A DNA stretch of 64,000 bases from Octopus vulgaris (taxonomy: Eukaryota). Every line of letters starts with the position of its first letter. Within the stretch, counting starts at the first letter, position 1. The DNA is taken from positions 90,210,001-90,274,000 of the forward strand of contig OX597822.1 in the NCBI GenBank assembly GCA_951406725.2, in the 5' to 3' direction. Positions 1 to 11,425 of the stretch are shown here, in pieces. Both the position numbers and the translations under genes were made by a program. The notes beneath the pieces are model-generated. The model had not been told where the DNA came from, made no database searches, and was given only the letters and a program-made list of their open reading frames with translations.

Positions 1-59
1 ATATATATATATATATATATATACATATCGTATGTGTGTGTGTATATAGTTATATATCT

Positions 60-2215
60 ATATTTAGGAAATGAAGCTAGTAAAATCCAGGCTACATATG
101 TTTCCTAGCTAGCAGAACCTCAGAATTTGTAATTACTCACTGAGGGGTGTTCCACTAGCTGCTCATCACACCAAAGATACCGTAGTTAAATGAAGGTTAC
201 ATTGTCATCAAGAAATCCCGAATTAACTCACAGGAGATTTGATCAAAAAATTAGTGGAAAGCATGGAGTGAGAGAACACCATAATACCCTATCCTACTTA
301 ACAAAGCCCTCATATTTGCACAGAAACCTTCTAAACTTACTCAAGATGATATTGATATTATCCTGGGAGCTCATCAAACTATTATAAAATTCAATGGAAA
401 ATTCTGGGCCTATAAAGACACCTCTAACTATTTCAACATCCCAATGGGGGTAAGCGACTCAGCCTAAGTTACCAACCTTGCTCCATGGTCTCACATTTCT
501 GGTGGTCTATATAGGAATAATGCTCTGTTTACCATCCAGAACTCTAGTAGCCATAAAATAGAACAACATAAGAAAAGAATCAGATATTTTTTTTTTTAAT
601 TTGGGCCTTAGCGTCTCTTTCATTTACAGTATTAAAACAGTTAATTTCTTAGATGTCACTCTAGATTTACAAAACAACACATTCTACATCTACCATAAAC
701 CCAGTGAGGACCTTAACTACATTAACTTTTCCTACAATAACCCCACCCTCTGTCTTAAAATCCATTGTGGACAGTGTATCTTACAGGGTCTCATCGCTAT
801 CCACCAATAAAGAAATATTCAAGCAATATGCTGAATATAATAACTGTGTCCTACAACGTGCCAATTATGAGAATCCAATCAAATACATCCCTACATGGAG
901 CAAACCGTATAGCAGTTATAGCAACAAATGTGATCTATACATCACCGATGTCTTTTCTATTATGCAATCCACTAAATGTCTGAATGAATGAAACTATCTA
1001 ATTTTTAATTGTAAATGTTGATTATGTACAAATAATAGCGCCCCCATCCCACTATTATTCTCTAACTTCTATGTTCTTCTATGTATTTATAACAGACTAC
1101 TTTTTAACTACCTTTATCTCTCTTTCTCTCTTTTACTCTCTTTTACTTGTCTCAGTCATTTGACTGTGGCCATGCTGGAGCACCGCCTTTTAGTCGAGCA
1201 AATCGACCCCCGGGACTTATTCTTTGTAAGCCCAGTACTTATTCTATCGGTCTCTTTTTGCCGAACCACTAAGTGATGGGGTCGTAAACACACCAGCATC
1301 GGTTGTCAAGCAATGCTAGGGGGACAAACACAGACACACAAACACACACACACACATATATATACATATATACGACAGGCTTCTTTCAGTTTCCGTCTAC
1401 CAAATCCACTCACAAGGCATTGGTCGGCCCGGGGCTATAGCAGAAGACAATTGCCCAAGATGCCACGCAGTGGGACTGAACCCGGAACCATGTCGTTGAT
1501 TAGCAAGCTACTTACCACACAGCCACTCCTGCGCCTATATTTTATATTTTATATTTTTTCTTAACTGCTTGAACTCCCTATATCTTCCTTCTGCAAATGA
1601 GCATATGCAGATGTCTACGCAAGTGTGCACACCTACAAGATACTACAGGAACACAAAGAAAATATGTGCATGTCTGCTAATATGTGCTTGTATAGCTTTA
1701 CTGTTAAATGATAAACTACCAGTTTACCTGGAACTTCTATGTTCCCCTATTGACCAGAAACATTACCTCCCACCTCCCTTTCTTTCACCCTCTCTTCTAA
1801 CAAATTACTACCACTCCTAAATTTTCTCTTTCTCTTCTCCTCTGGGCATTCTTATCTCTAAGATTCTTCCCTTTTATTTTCTTTGATTCTGTTTAAATGT
1901 ATATATACCAGTGCGACTATATAATTATTTATTTATTTATTTACAGCTGACATAGTAAATGAATCCATCCTATATTCACAAAGACCTTCCTCTAGCCAGC
2001 TTCAATCTTACCAAAAGTTTTCCCTCCACTCGTCCCCCTCTCCTTTTCTTTATTCTTATTCTTTTTCTTAACAACTTTAGACTTTAGCCCACTCCCATAT
2101 TGTATTTCTTCACACATATGCTTTCCGGTTTTGCTCTTTTACTCTGTACTTTCCTCTAATTTTTGATCAAATCTCCTGTGAGTTAACTTGGGATCCCTTG
2201 ACAACAATGTAACCA
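60..2215 (+). mobile_element. Degenerate Penelope-like element (RT fragment with inverted terminal segment)
   Basis: 370-990 encodes frameshifted PLE RT motifs (FNIPMG, GGLYRNNA, VNFLDVTLDL, YHKP...YIN). 195-275 is an inverted copy of ~2135-2215 (both translate TLxSRxPxLTHRRFDQK). A SINE is inserted at 1130-1534. Confidence 0.75.
1130..1534 (-). mobile_element. tRNA-derived SINE (octopus OK/OR-like)
   Basis: Minus-strand head GCGCAGGAGTGGCTGTGTGG (A box) ...GGTTCAGTCCC (B box), then ATCTTGGGCAA and a (CA)/(TA) linker; closely similar copies at 27870, 45440 and elsewhere. Confidence 0.9.
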
Positions 2216-2660
2216 CACACACACACACATGCACACACACACACACATGCGCACACACACACACGCACGCATGCACACACACACAAATACATGAAATGCA
2301 TATCACTCCACACAACACACGCACCACACTAGGCTACCTGTACACATACACACACAAGCTCCCATACACACACACACACAGATCCATGCATTTGCCCTCA
2401 CACACACACACATTATGATAACCCTACACACATGTATACACTTCCATGTGCACACACACATCACACCAGTACATGAAATGCACATCACTCCACAAAATGT
2501 ATGCACTAGGTTACTTATACACATACACACACATAGGCCCACATAATTTTAAGTTTGCCCAAATATACATACTCATGCGCTCATCCCCATTCACACATAC
2601 ACACTAACCACACACCATTCTCACATACACGCACACACTTGCGCACCCTTGTTTGGCCAG
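2214..2660. repeat. Degenerate (CA)n-rich repeat
   Basis: CACACA runs with a repeated ATGAAATGCA.ATCACTCCACA unit. Confidence 0.85.
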
Positions 2661-3268
2661 TCACCGTTATTATCTCCCTTCCGCTCAGCCTCTTTCTTCC
2701 AGCCATTTCATCATGGTGAGCCTTCAATCCCTACACTCTTTTTCTCTCTCCATTTCTTTTTCCTTCTCAATCCTTTCTGTTGAAGAGCATAGGCTCAAAA
2801 CATCATAGACTTTTCCATTCTTCCCGATCTCAAAACTAATGCACCAGCTTGTTCTTTCATCTGTCTTTGTCATTTGTATATATATACAAATATATATATG
2901 TGTGCTCTCAAATTTAAACTTAACGAAATCTTGGGCTGATGACAGGAATGTTGATATAGGTATGTATTTCTAGCATCTCTATATCTAACTAACCCAGAAA
3001 CGGCGTTCTCAAGTAATCGATGTACGAGTGATCTTTTGTTATTTTCCCTCTATACCTACATGAATTGTTTTTGAGTATACATTGTCTGGGAGACTCTTCT
3101 TATAGTAGAGGAAATAGCTAAATTCTTTGGCTGCTATTTCTAAAAGTTCGGTGTGTGGTAAAGTAAATTTTTTTGCTGAACCCTAATTATGCAAAGTAAC
3201 GTTAAATATACTGTAAATGGTCTTTACACACTGAACACTGCTTGGTAAAATTATTATTATTATTATTG

Positions 3269-3306
<38 letters not shown>

Positions 3307-3439
3307 TATATATATATATACACACACAAACAGAGAGGGTGTTTTGGGTAGACTTGACAGTTTGTATAACGGAAAAGAAAACACAATATCCCATCCAAAA
3401 ATAAAAGTATTTTAAAATATTAAAAAATATCAACTAGAT

Positions 3440-4170
3440 TATGGTTGGGAGATAACAGTTTACTCAAAGTAGCTCCCTCACCTTCCAATTCAGAACTTGT
3501 TACATGCATTCTTCACTGTGTCCCTGGGAAGATCCTCAAACACTTCATTCATCTTGGCCATCAGCTCAGCCTTGCTGTTGCAGGCAAAACAATTGGTGTC
3601 TTTCTCAACGATACTTCAAACATGGTGATCCAGAGGTTACAATCAAAGGAATTAGGAGGCCAGAAATTGATTGTTGGAAAAGTCATGGAAATTCTCTAAA
3701 AACTATTTCTAACTCTTTCTGGAGGTATAGCAAGGAGCAGAATCCTGTTGCCATACATATGGCCTTTGAGCTGTAACCCTCTCCAAGCAAGGTTTGTCCA
3801 CAGTTTCCAGCAGCTTCACACAGCTGTCTGAAGTGAGCTTAAGGCCCTGTTGTTGTGTGGATGCAATCAGAATGCATGCTGTGTCCTTTTCTGCTAGCCC
3901 TGGCTTCATAGCCTCCATTGTAACCTTTACAGTATTCACAAAGCACTGAGCAGCAGTCATGATATCAGCATTTTGATACACAATGCAAATCATCATGATA
4001 CAGTTAACTCTTTTCCAACATTTGGATGGTTTCCAGCCCTCCATGTCAGCTAACTTTTTTCCCAACTACAACTTTAATCTTTATACTCTCCAACACCATT
4101 GGCTATTCACCAATACATCAATTTCCTGAAAAAAGAAGATAAAACATTAGTCAAATTTAGCCTGGACACT
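3440..4170 (-). mobile_element. Tc1/mariner transposase remnant
   Basis: ORF 3709-4065 ends ...DKPCLERVTAQRPYVWQQDSAPCYTSRKS, resembling the QQDxAP second-Asp region. Confidence 0.7.
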
Positions 4171-4182
4171 ATGTACATATGA

Positions 4183-4183
<1 letters not shown>

Positions 4184-4223
<40 letters not shown>

Positions 4224-4250
4224 CGTGTGTGTGTGTTTGTGTGTGTGTGT
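4184..4250. repeat. (GT)n microsatellite
   Basis: Direct observation. Confidence 0.95.
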
Positions 4251-4379
4251 GATTATTTAGTTTTATTTCAAGATTTCTTGCCAATAGAGAAAGAGCCGGT
4301 TTCTAACCTAGATCCAAGTTTCCTTCATTGGACTTTCAATATCAACAACAGGGTATTTTTGTATGTATGTATACATGCA

Positions 4380-5735
4380 GATTTGCGTGTTTTGTTTTAT
4401 GTATGTTTTCTCATGCATATACTTGCATATCCAGACATGCTCATATATACTTAAATGATAAAATCCTGGAAAGTTTTATAGATTTTTACAGTTCTAATGA
4501 TGGATTGGATCAGTAGTCTTCAAATCAACTTTCTCCTTTCTGGTTTCGAGAAGTCTAATTTCTCAAGATTGGTATTTAGGGAGTGTGTTATATATCCCAG
4601 TGCCCCAATAATTACTGGTATAAACCTGAACTTGTTATCTGGATAGAGTAACTGCAGATTTCTCAATAGTTCAGCGTAGGTATTCTCTTTTTCACTGATC
4701 TTCAGCATTATGTTAACATGCATGTTAACATGGGCAGCTGATTTCCACAACTGTACACCGTTTCTCTTCTTTATCCCAAATCATTATATCAGGTGTATTG
4801 TGTTTACATTTTATTGAGGTTTTCATTGGGATATTCCATCAGTACTCCCTTTTATGGCTTTCACCATACTGTGGGTTCTTATTTCTTTGTCTTTGGGGTT
4901 ATCCTTTTGATAGATCTCCTTATTCAGTGTCCTAGCTACAACATCATGTCTCATTGGTAGATAATACCCTGATGATATTTTTGGACAACTGCTCATGATG
5001 TGGGTGATATCTTCAGTGTTAATTCCACAAAGTCTACATCAGTTATAATATTTTACTGCTTTCCCAGTTTGCTGGACATTGTTGTAGAGCTGAAAAAGAA
5101 GTAATTTCTACTCTTCTCCTCTGGAAGCCATCTACTCGCAACACCAGAGGGCGCACACTCTCCTACCCTGATGTAATCTCCAGGGATACAGGCATCCAGC
5201 AACAGGACCTCCGTAATGCTATGATGGACCGTGAAGTCTGGCGCAACATGGTAAATTCCATTGTCTCGACCACGGTCGAACAATGATGATGATGATGATG
5301 CATCTCTATCCCTTTTGTGCATCATTTGGTTGATATTCCTGTTCCTGGATTGCAAATACATACCGTTCAAAGTGGGAGGTAGTAATCCAGTTGTTGGTCC
5401 ATGATAGACTGCTTTGGTGATCAATGTTACTATCATCTCTGAGCTTTCTACTAACATATTCATGCATGGTCTTCTGCTCATATATGCTCATCCTTTCATC
5501 TGATGATATGTTGCGGTAGAGTAATGTGACTTCTTTGGGCATGTATTTAAGGTTATCAGACAAGGAATGCAGCCCAAGGAACTGCTTTCCAAGTCTTATG
5601 ATGTTATCAACCTCATGTATGCAAAGTTGGTCAAGGGATGCACTTTGACACTTGGTGGTTAAAAGATGTTGCCAAAGGGATATAATATGATATTCAAAGG
5701 CATTTTGAACCCATGTTAAGCCTCTGCTCCCTTAC
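4380..5735 (-). mobile_element. R4/Dong-clade non-LTR retrotransposon, C-terminal part (CCHC plus restriction-like endonuclease)
   Basis: Pieces translate to YVFAIQEQE, CRLCG..TEDITHIMSSC, MRHDVVA, KHNTPDIMIWD, and KENTYAELLRNLQLLYP..FRFIPVIIGALG. Confidence 0.85.
5066..5299 (+). mobile_element. RTE-type LINE 3' end inserted in the R4 element
   Basis: Translates LLLWKPS..TRGRTLSYPDVISRDTG...MMDREVWR, followed by a (GAT)n tail; higher GC than flanks. Confidence 0.7.
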
Positions 5736-6067
5736 ATATGTATGTATGTATGTATGTATGGATGGATGGATGATGGATGCATGCATGCATGAATACTATA
5801 GTATTACTTCTCATATCAATATTATGATAAAGAAAGTTGCTTGTATAATTAATTTTGAGTATGAAGCTTTTAATAAAAGAAAGCCTTTATCAAAGTCTAC
5901 AGTCTTGTTTGAAAATAGTCTTGAAAAATTCTTTTAAGTTCCAATTCTAATATATCCATCCCTCTTCTCTGCCACTATTCCTGGGTGGGTTGCTGGGGTA
6001 GTGTCCTCCCCATAGGTTCGTTTCAGAAGCATTGGTGGTAGTGGCAATGTTAGTGGCATTAGCAGTG

Positions 6068-6095
6068 GTGCTGCTGCTGCTGCTGCTGCTGCTGC

Positions 6096-6165
<70 letters not shown>
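6068..6165. repeat. Compound (CTG)n(CAT)n(TAT)n microsatellite
   Basis: Direct observation. Confidence 0.95.
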
Positions 6166-6167
<2 letters not shown>

Positions 6168-6269
6168 TTACATCTACTTTCCGTAAGAGGATGGGTTTTG
6201 ACACATCATCACACTGAGTCAATATTTATACAGAGTTACTATCGTCATAGACAGATTAGATGACTGTGT

Positions 6270-7960
6270 CTCACTTGTTGTTTGGGCTAACAGAATAAAT
6301 TCTTAATATTTTGTTTGTATCCGTTTTTTTCAATTTTCTTATAACATGTCCCTTTGTTGAAAACATAATGGCAGGTATTTCAGTATAAAGAAGTTGTCTG
6401 GTATGTTCATTTAATTTAAACCAGGGTTTGTCATGCTTGGGTTCTGTCTATGGCATCTTGTGCATTTCCCTATGTTAAAGTACATTAACTATTGAGGATC
6501 TAGATCAGTGGTTCTTAACCTGGGTAGTAATGCCGATGAACGTATAATGAGCTCATAAGCAGTAACGTTGAGGGAGTGCTATTGTGTGGGAGTGCACAGG
6601 ATATTTAGCAAGTTTGTAATTTTTCTTAAAAATAAAATATTCTAAATTGAGTACAATTCTCATATTTCAAAAACATTTTTAAAAAGTCTTAGTATTAAAG
6701 TATGGTTGACATTCTATTAACAGTGAGTAGAAAACATGACTGATGATGCACCAAAGTTTAATATAATTTTATTACATAAAGTCCTCTCTTTAGTAAATTC
6801 CACATAAACATATAAGAAATGGCACACAATGAATAAGAAAATATAGATAAAACATCTGGGCAAACTTAGCTTTTGTTTGATTAAAATAATCTATTTGCCA
6901 TTTTTAAGTTATTCACTATCAAATCTAACTATCAGGTGTTTGTTGTTCAAGAAGGAACATACACTACATTTCAGTTCGTTTTTGGATTAGAAGCCAAACT
7001 AATGAATTAAATCTGGTTTTCTATATTTTCCAACTATCATTATGGACCATTCTTTTACATTTGGAAAGTTGAAGGTAGTATTACCATTCAAAATACTTGT
7101 ACAGCAGTATTTATTCATAGATTGACTATGATGGTTATCTCTTCAACTGTTGATAAGTTGTATGACCTTCTGGTTCTGAATTCATATCTGCTACAACTTT
7201 AAGTAAGAATCCACGGCCAACTGCTTGGAAAGCTTTTCATCATGCAAAATTGAATTGAAATATCTGACTGCTGTCTATGCTGCATTATATTTTACATAGC
7301 AATTTTGAAATATTCATTTCCTTTGTTTTCTGTATATTTGGCTGCCACCCAGATTCTCCAAACAGGCATAATAAGGTATATGTCATTGGGCCTAAGTTTG
7401 GTCTAAATATGTTTGAATTAATATCAAAACTATTATCATCATGGGGAAACAAAAATCTTTCAAGTGATGGTACTCCATATTTATTCTCTTATTCTCTTAC
7501 TTGTTTCAGTCATTTGACTGCGGCCATGCTGGAGTACCGCCTTTAAAAACCCATATTTATTCATAAATATGATGGTTATCTCTTCAATTGTTGATAAGTT
7601 GTATGACCTTTCTGAATTCATATCTCTCCTAAATATCCATGATAGGTAAATGCTTATTTTTTCCATAGCTTTCTCTTCTTCCTCCTAATTCACTTCCTGT
7701 AATGTTTCATATGCTTTTCTTATACATTATTTTATCCTATGAAATCGTCAAAATTTGGAAAAATTTAATTCAAACAACTATCTATTATTGATTTCTGTGC
7801 CCAACTTGCATAGGGTTATGCAAACTTTTGGTGCTCATTATCATTTGGGTGCTAGAGGATTAATTTGATCATGCCCTATGAAACAATAGGGGCCATGACT
7901 AGTTGGGTCAGTAATCTGTGCACTTTTAGATTTTCTGGGCATGGACACATTGAAACTATG
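6270..7960 (-). mobile_element. Degenerate Helitron Rep-region remnant
   Basis: Frameshifted pieces: HGPYCF, RSYNLSTIEEITIIFMN, NLGPMTYTLLCLFGESGWQ, FNSILHDEKLSKQLAVDSYLKV, WFKLNEHTRQLLYTEIP, RIYSVSP; these match the motif order of Helitron RepHel. It may extend to ~8640 beyond the CR1 insert. Confidence 0.75.
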
Positions 7961-8390
7961 AGTCTGTCTTTCTCCCTTGGCAGACACCCATAAAATAAAT
8001 ATTATTAACCATCTTACAAACAATAACTCTGAGCACCTTATCAAACTCCACCCGTTTAACACCCATGGACATATTTACAAAGTCAGAAAACAGCACAGCT
8101 CCCATGACTTTAGGAAACATTTTTTCATGCTAAGAGTTGCTGAAGCATGGAACAAACTGCCAGCATCAGTTGTTAGTTGTCGGAGCACTGCATCCTTCAA
8201 AACTTCCATGCTTCCTGAGATTCGCCAACACTACACCTGATTTTCTCCCCTCCATACACACAAGGATGTATCTGACGCATACACTGTTCACTTCCCAGAC
8301 ATTTGTACATTACTGCATATGCTTTATATGCACTTTTGACAAGTTGTGGTGCACCTGAGCACTGTATACAATAATTTCATTATTATTATA
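7960..8390 (+). mobile_element. CR1/L2-type LINE 3' end
   Basis: THGHIYKVRKQHSSHDFRKHFFMLRVAEAWNKLPASVV..TASFK plus a (ATT)n tail. Confidence 0.85.
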
Positions 8391-9034
8391 TTATTTTGAT
8401 ATATTTTCTGAATACTTGGTTCTTTACCTGGTCTTACATTTTTATTAATTTCTTGCCACAAAGACCATTTCCCATATTGAATATTTGCAGTTCTTGCAGC
8501 TGCTGCTGCTTCTTTTGAATTTTGTTCTTCTCTTTGCTTTCTATTCCTTTCCCCATGCTAGTCCTAAGTGCTTTTCTTGCTGAGTTTCCTTCATTTTGAT
8601 GTTTTGGGAAACAATTATTTGGAACACTGTACAGATAAAATGTACCAACATTTGGTTCATTCAATATATGTCCAAATGTTGTGAACACGATGCATTTGTA
8701 TAGGTCAAGGTACATAAGGTGTGTAATAAGAAGTTTCATTCCCAACCACATGGTTTTGGGTTCAGTCCCACAGCATGGTACCTTAGATCAGTATCTTCTG
8801 CTAGAGTTCAGGGCTTATCAAAGCATTGTGAGTGGATTTGGTAGGAATAAACTCAGAGAAGCCTATCGTGTGTGTGTATAAGTAAAGTTAATTGCCACAT
8901 CAGAATGACTGTTCCATGTTATTACTTGTTTAACCCCTGGTAGATCTTCCACCAGCTAGTTATCAGTGCGGCACTGCACCCTGTATATACAATATATATT
9001 GCTAGCCCTTACCATCTTCTAGCAGACAACAGGA

Positions 9035-9083
9035 TCACGAGACTGACTCAGTTTTGAGCTGGTTATCTCGACTGCAGTTGCGA
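9035..9083 (-). ncRNA. Degenerate type I hammerhead ribozyme, copy 1
   Basis: TCGCAA-CTGCAGT-CGAGataaccagCTC-AAAA-CTGAGTCAG-TC-TCGTGA; stems I, II and III pair, core is mutated. Confidence 0.55.
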
Positions 9084-9105
9084 GTACCTGTTCACCAGAG
9101 TGATA

Positions 9106-9808
9106 AAATCTTTATTATAATCATACGATCTTACATAAATTTGGACATAACAAGACAAACAAATACAAAGAAGGTTATGAGAGTTCGAATGAGACTTAAA
9201 AATTTAGTTGTAATATGACATAAACGAAAACTTGGCTTATTTTTGCCTTTATAACGAGAACTTTGGTCTGGAGGGTGATAAGGTGTGAAGTCCGCAGGCA
9301 GAGGAATTCTTCCCACGACCGGCCTCTATGGAGAGATTTAAACCCAGTTTCATTAAAAGACGTAATCTGACTTTATGGCAGAAGGAGTGCCAACAGGCAC
9401 TCTGGCTGATCCACAAGGTGGGCAAGGCCGGCAGCAGGAATACCACCTCGGTGTTCTATAGAGGGCTGGTAGAGGCAAAAAATGGCTCTGGGGTTTGACG
9501 AGAATCAACTCTCCAACCTGTTTAAGAAAACTTTCAGGCTGGGATATTTGGACAATTACCAAAAATCCCTGACCTGGCAGTGCTATAGGAATGCATTACC
9601 TGTTCGCAATAAGTTATCTAGGCACGGAATGTCAGTGCCACCAACGTGTCCAAGATGTGGGTTGGACAATGAAACCGTTCAACATGCTTTTGTACAATGT
9701 CGGGAGCTGTCAAGCTTGATAAGTTTTGTTGAACATGTGTTGTCGCATCTGGGACGAGTGCAGCTGGATCTATGATAAAGATGATACCGCCAACTGGACT
9801 CTCAAAGG
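9106..9808. mobile_element. L1/Tx1-type LINE fragment with 14-bp TSD and internal inversion
   Basis: TCACCAGAGTGATA at 9092-9105 and 9809-9822; plus-strand WQCYRNALPV..TCPRCGLDNETVQHAFVQC (zf-RVT type); minus-strand T-rich 3'UTR with AATAAA near 9110. Confidence 0.8.
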
Positions 9809-10113
9809 TCACCAGAGTGATAGCCAGGGTCTGCTGTAGGCAGCAATATGTTGTAAGCAACACGACCATTGGTCACTGATTTGCAATAAGCAAAATAGCA
9901 AGTTGTAAAATTTCAAGAAGAGATCAGAGTAGTAACTATACTAACAAGTAAAGTTAATCGCCACATCAGAGTGGCTGTTCCATGTTGTTACTAGTTTAAC
10001 CCTGGGCAGATCCTCTGCCAGCTAGTTATCAGTGTGGTGTTGCACTTAATATAGGCAATATATATTGCTAGCAGGGGGAGCAAACTCCTCCCATCCTCTA
10101 GCAGACTATAGGA

Positions 10114-10162
10114 TTGCATGACTGACTCATTTTCAGGATGGTTGGCTCATCTTCAGTCATGA
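10114..10162 (-). ncRNA. Degenerate type I hammerhead ribozyme, copy 2
   Basis: TCATGA-CTGAAGA-TGAGccaaccatCCT-GAAA-ATGAGTCAG-TC-ATGCAA; CUGANGA/GAAA/GUC core intact, stems eroded. Confidence 0.6.
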
Positions 10163-11204
10163 GTACCTGGTCGGTAGAGCAATAGCCAGGATCTGTTCCA
10201 GCCAGCAATATATTGTAAATAAAGCGACCATTGGTTATTGATTTGCAACAAGCAAAACAGCTAGTTGTAAAATCTCAAGAAGTGATTAACTTTACTTGTT
10301 AGTGTAGTTACTACTCTGATCTCTTCTTGAGATTTTATCAGCTGGCAGAAGATCTGCCTAGGGTTAAACTAGTAGTAACATGGAACAGCCACTTTGATGT
10401 TGTGATTAACTTTATTTGTTAGTATAGTTACTATTCTGAGCTCATCTTGAAATTTTACATCTAGCTATTTTGCTTATATATATATTGGGCATAAGTCCAT
10501 TAATCTGTTAATCATTAATTAACGAAGTTGACATTTTTGTTAATGATTTAACTTTTATCATACTAATTAACTTCCGTCAAGTCTATTAAACCAAAAATTT
10601 CATAAAAACCAGTAAACGTTTAAAAGATTCTATTGTTTTCAAATTGTCTTAGCATATTTAATACTGTACATGGTGTCATTTTTTCAACCCTGATATAATG
10701 CCACTTATTATTATAAATAACTTGTGGGACCTCGTTTGGTCCTGCCTTGATCTGAAACCAAATCCACCTGTTTGTTGCTTGCAAAGACTGCAGGAAATTT
10801 CTTTCTCCTGTCAAGAGGGAACAGTGATTGATGTGCTTCCACTTCATCTGTGACCTTGCTGTGTCATGAAGAGAATTACGTATATATCGTGATTTTCATT
10901 TTTTAATTATTATTTTTTTACAGCCACTTTATCAATAAACTTTTTATCATTTAATACTAATATTGTGTTTCATTTCAGTTCTTTTTTTTTTTTTACCTTT
11001 CTATGGCTCTAAAAGCCTTCAAAAATCTAAAAAAAAGGGCAAAAACTATGAAATCAGCCTTTTTTAGGCCCTTTAAAATTTAAAGCTATAAAATCAGCAT
11101 TTTTTAACTCTAAAGCAAAAAACAATAAAAAAAGAAACTATAGTTTTGGTGTTCTAAAGCCCTCAAAGATGATTTTATAGTTTTGGCACTTTTTAACCCT
11201 TTAA

Positions 11205-11425
11205 CCCTTTAGTATTTAAACCGGCCATATCCGGCCAAAAGTATTCTGCCTGTTTTATGTTCAAACTGGCCATATCTGGTCTCTCACACCAACCTTACAA
11301 TATCTTTTAAAAAATTAACAGCTACCTCATCAAAATCTCATAGTTGCAAGATAATGCATGATCAATTCAAAAGAATGTGGATGAAGAAGCATTAATTTTG
11401 GTAGAATAATGCGAACACTAAAGGG
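11205..11425. mobile_element. piggyBac-type MITE
   Basis: TTAA|CCCTTTAGTATT...AACACTAAAGGG|TTAA; a related copy lies at 50294-50478. Confidence 0.8.

Larger units (their letters stand above)
8880..10475 (-). repeat. ~350-bp tandem repeat with hammerhead ribozyme motif (retrozyme-like), plus inverted partial copies
   Basis: Unit 1 = 8880-9105 + 9823-9945; unit 2 = 9946-10280; inverted fragments at 10283-10475; each full unit has a minus-strand hammerhead-like motif. Confidence 0.7.

Noticed and set aside
1313-1564. Recurrent 'MLGGQTQTHK...RQASFSFRLPNPLTRHW' ORFs (also 27843 and 45618)
   Set aside because: Antisense translation of the SINE family, not a gene family
6032-6217. Poly-L/H/Y ORF
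   Set aside because: Translation of a compound trinucleotide microsatellite
8434-8751. 105-aa minus-strand ORF with a QQQLQ stretch and an AG acceptor at ~8628
   Set aside because: Starts inside a SINE, has no recognisable domain and no partner exons; it adjoins the Helitron remnant and may be part of it
10620-10860. Short minus-strand ORFs that could be a terminal exon
   Set aside because: No recognisable protein similarity and no upstream exon; the flanks look like DNA-transposon ends
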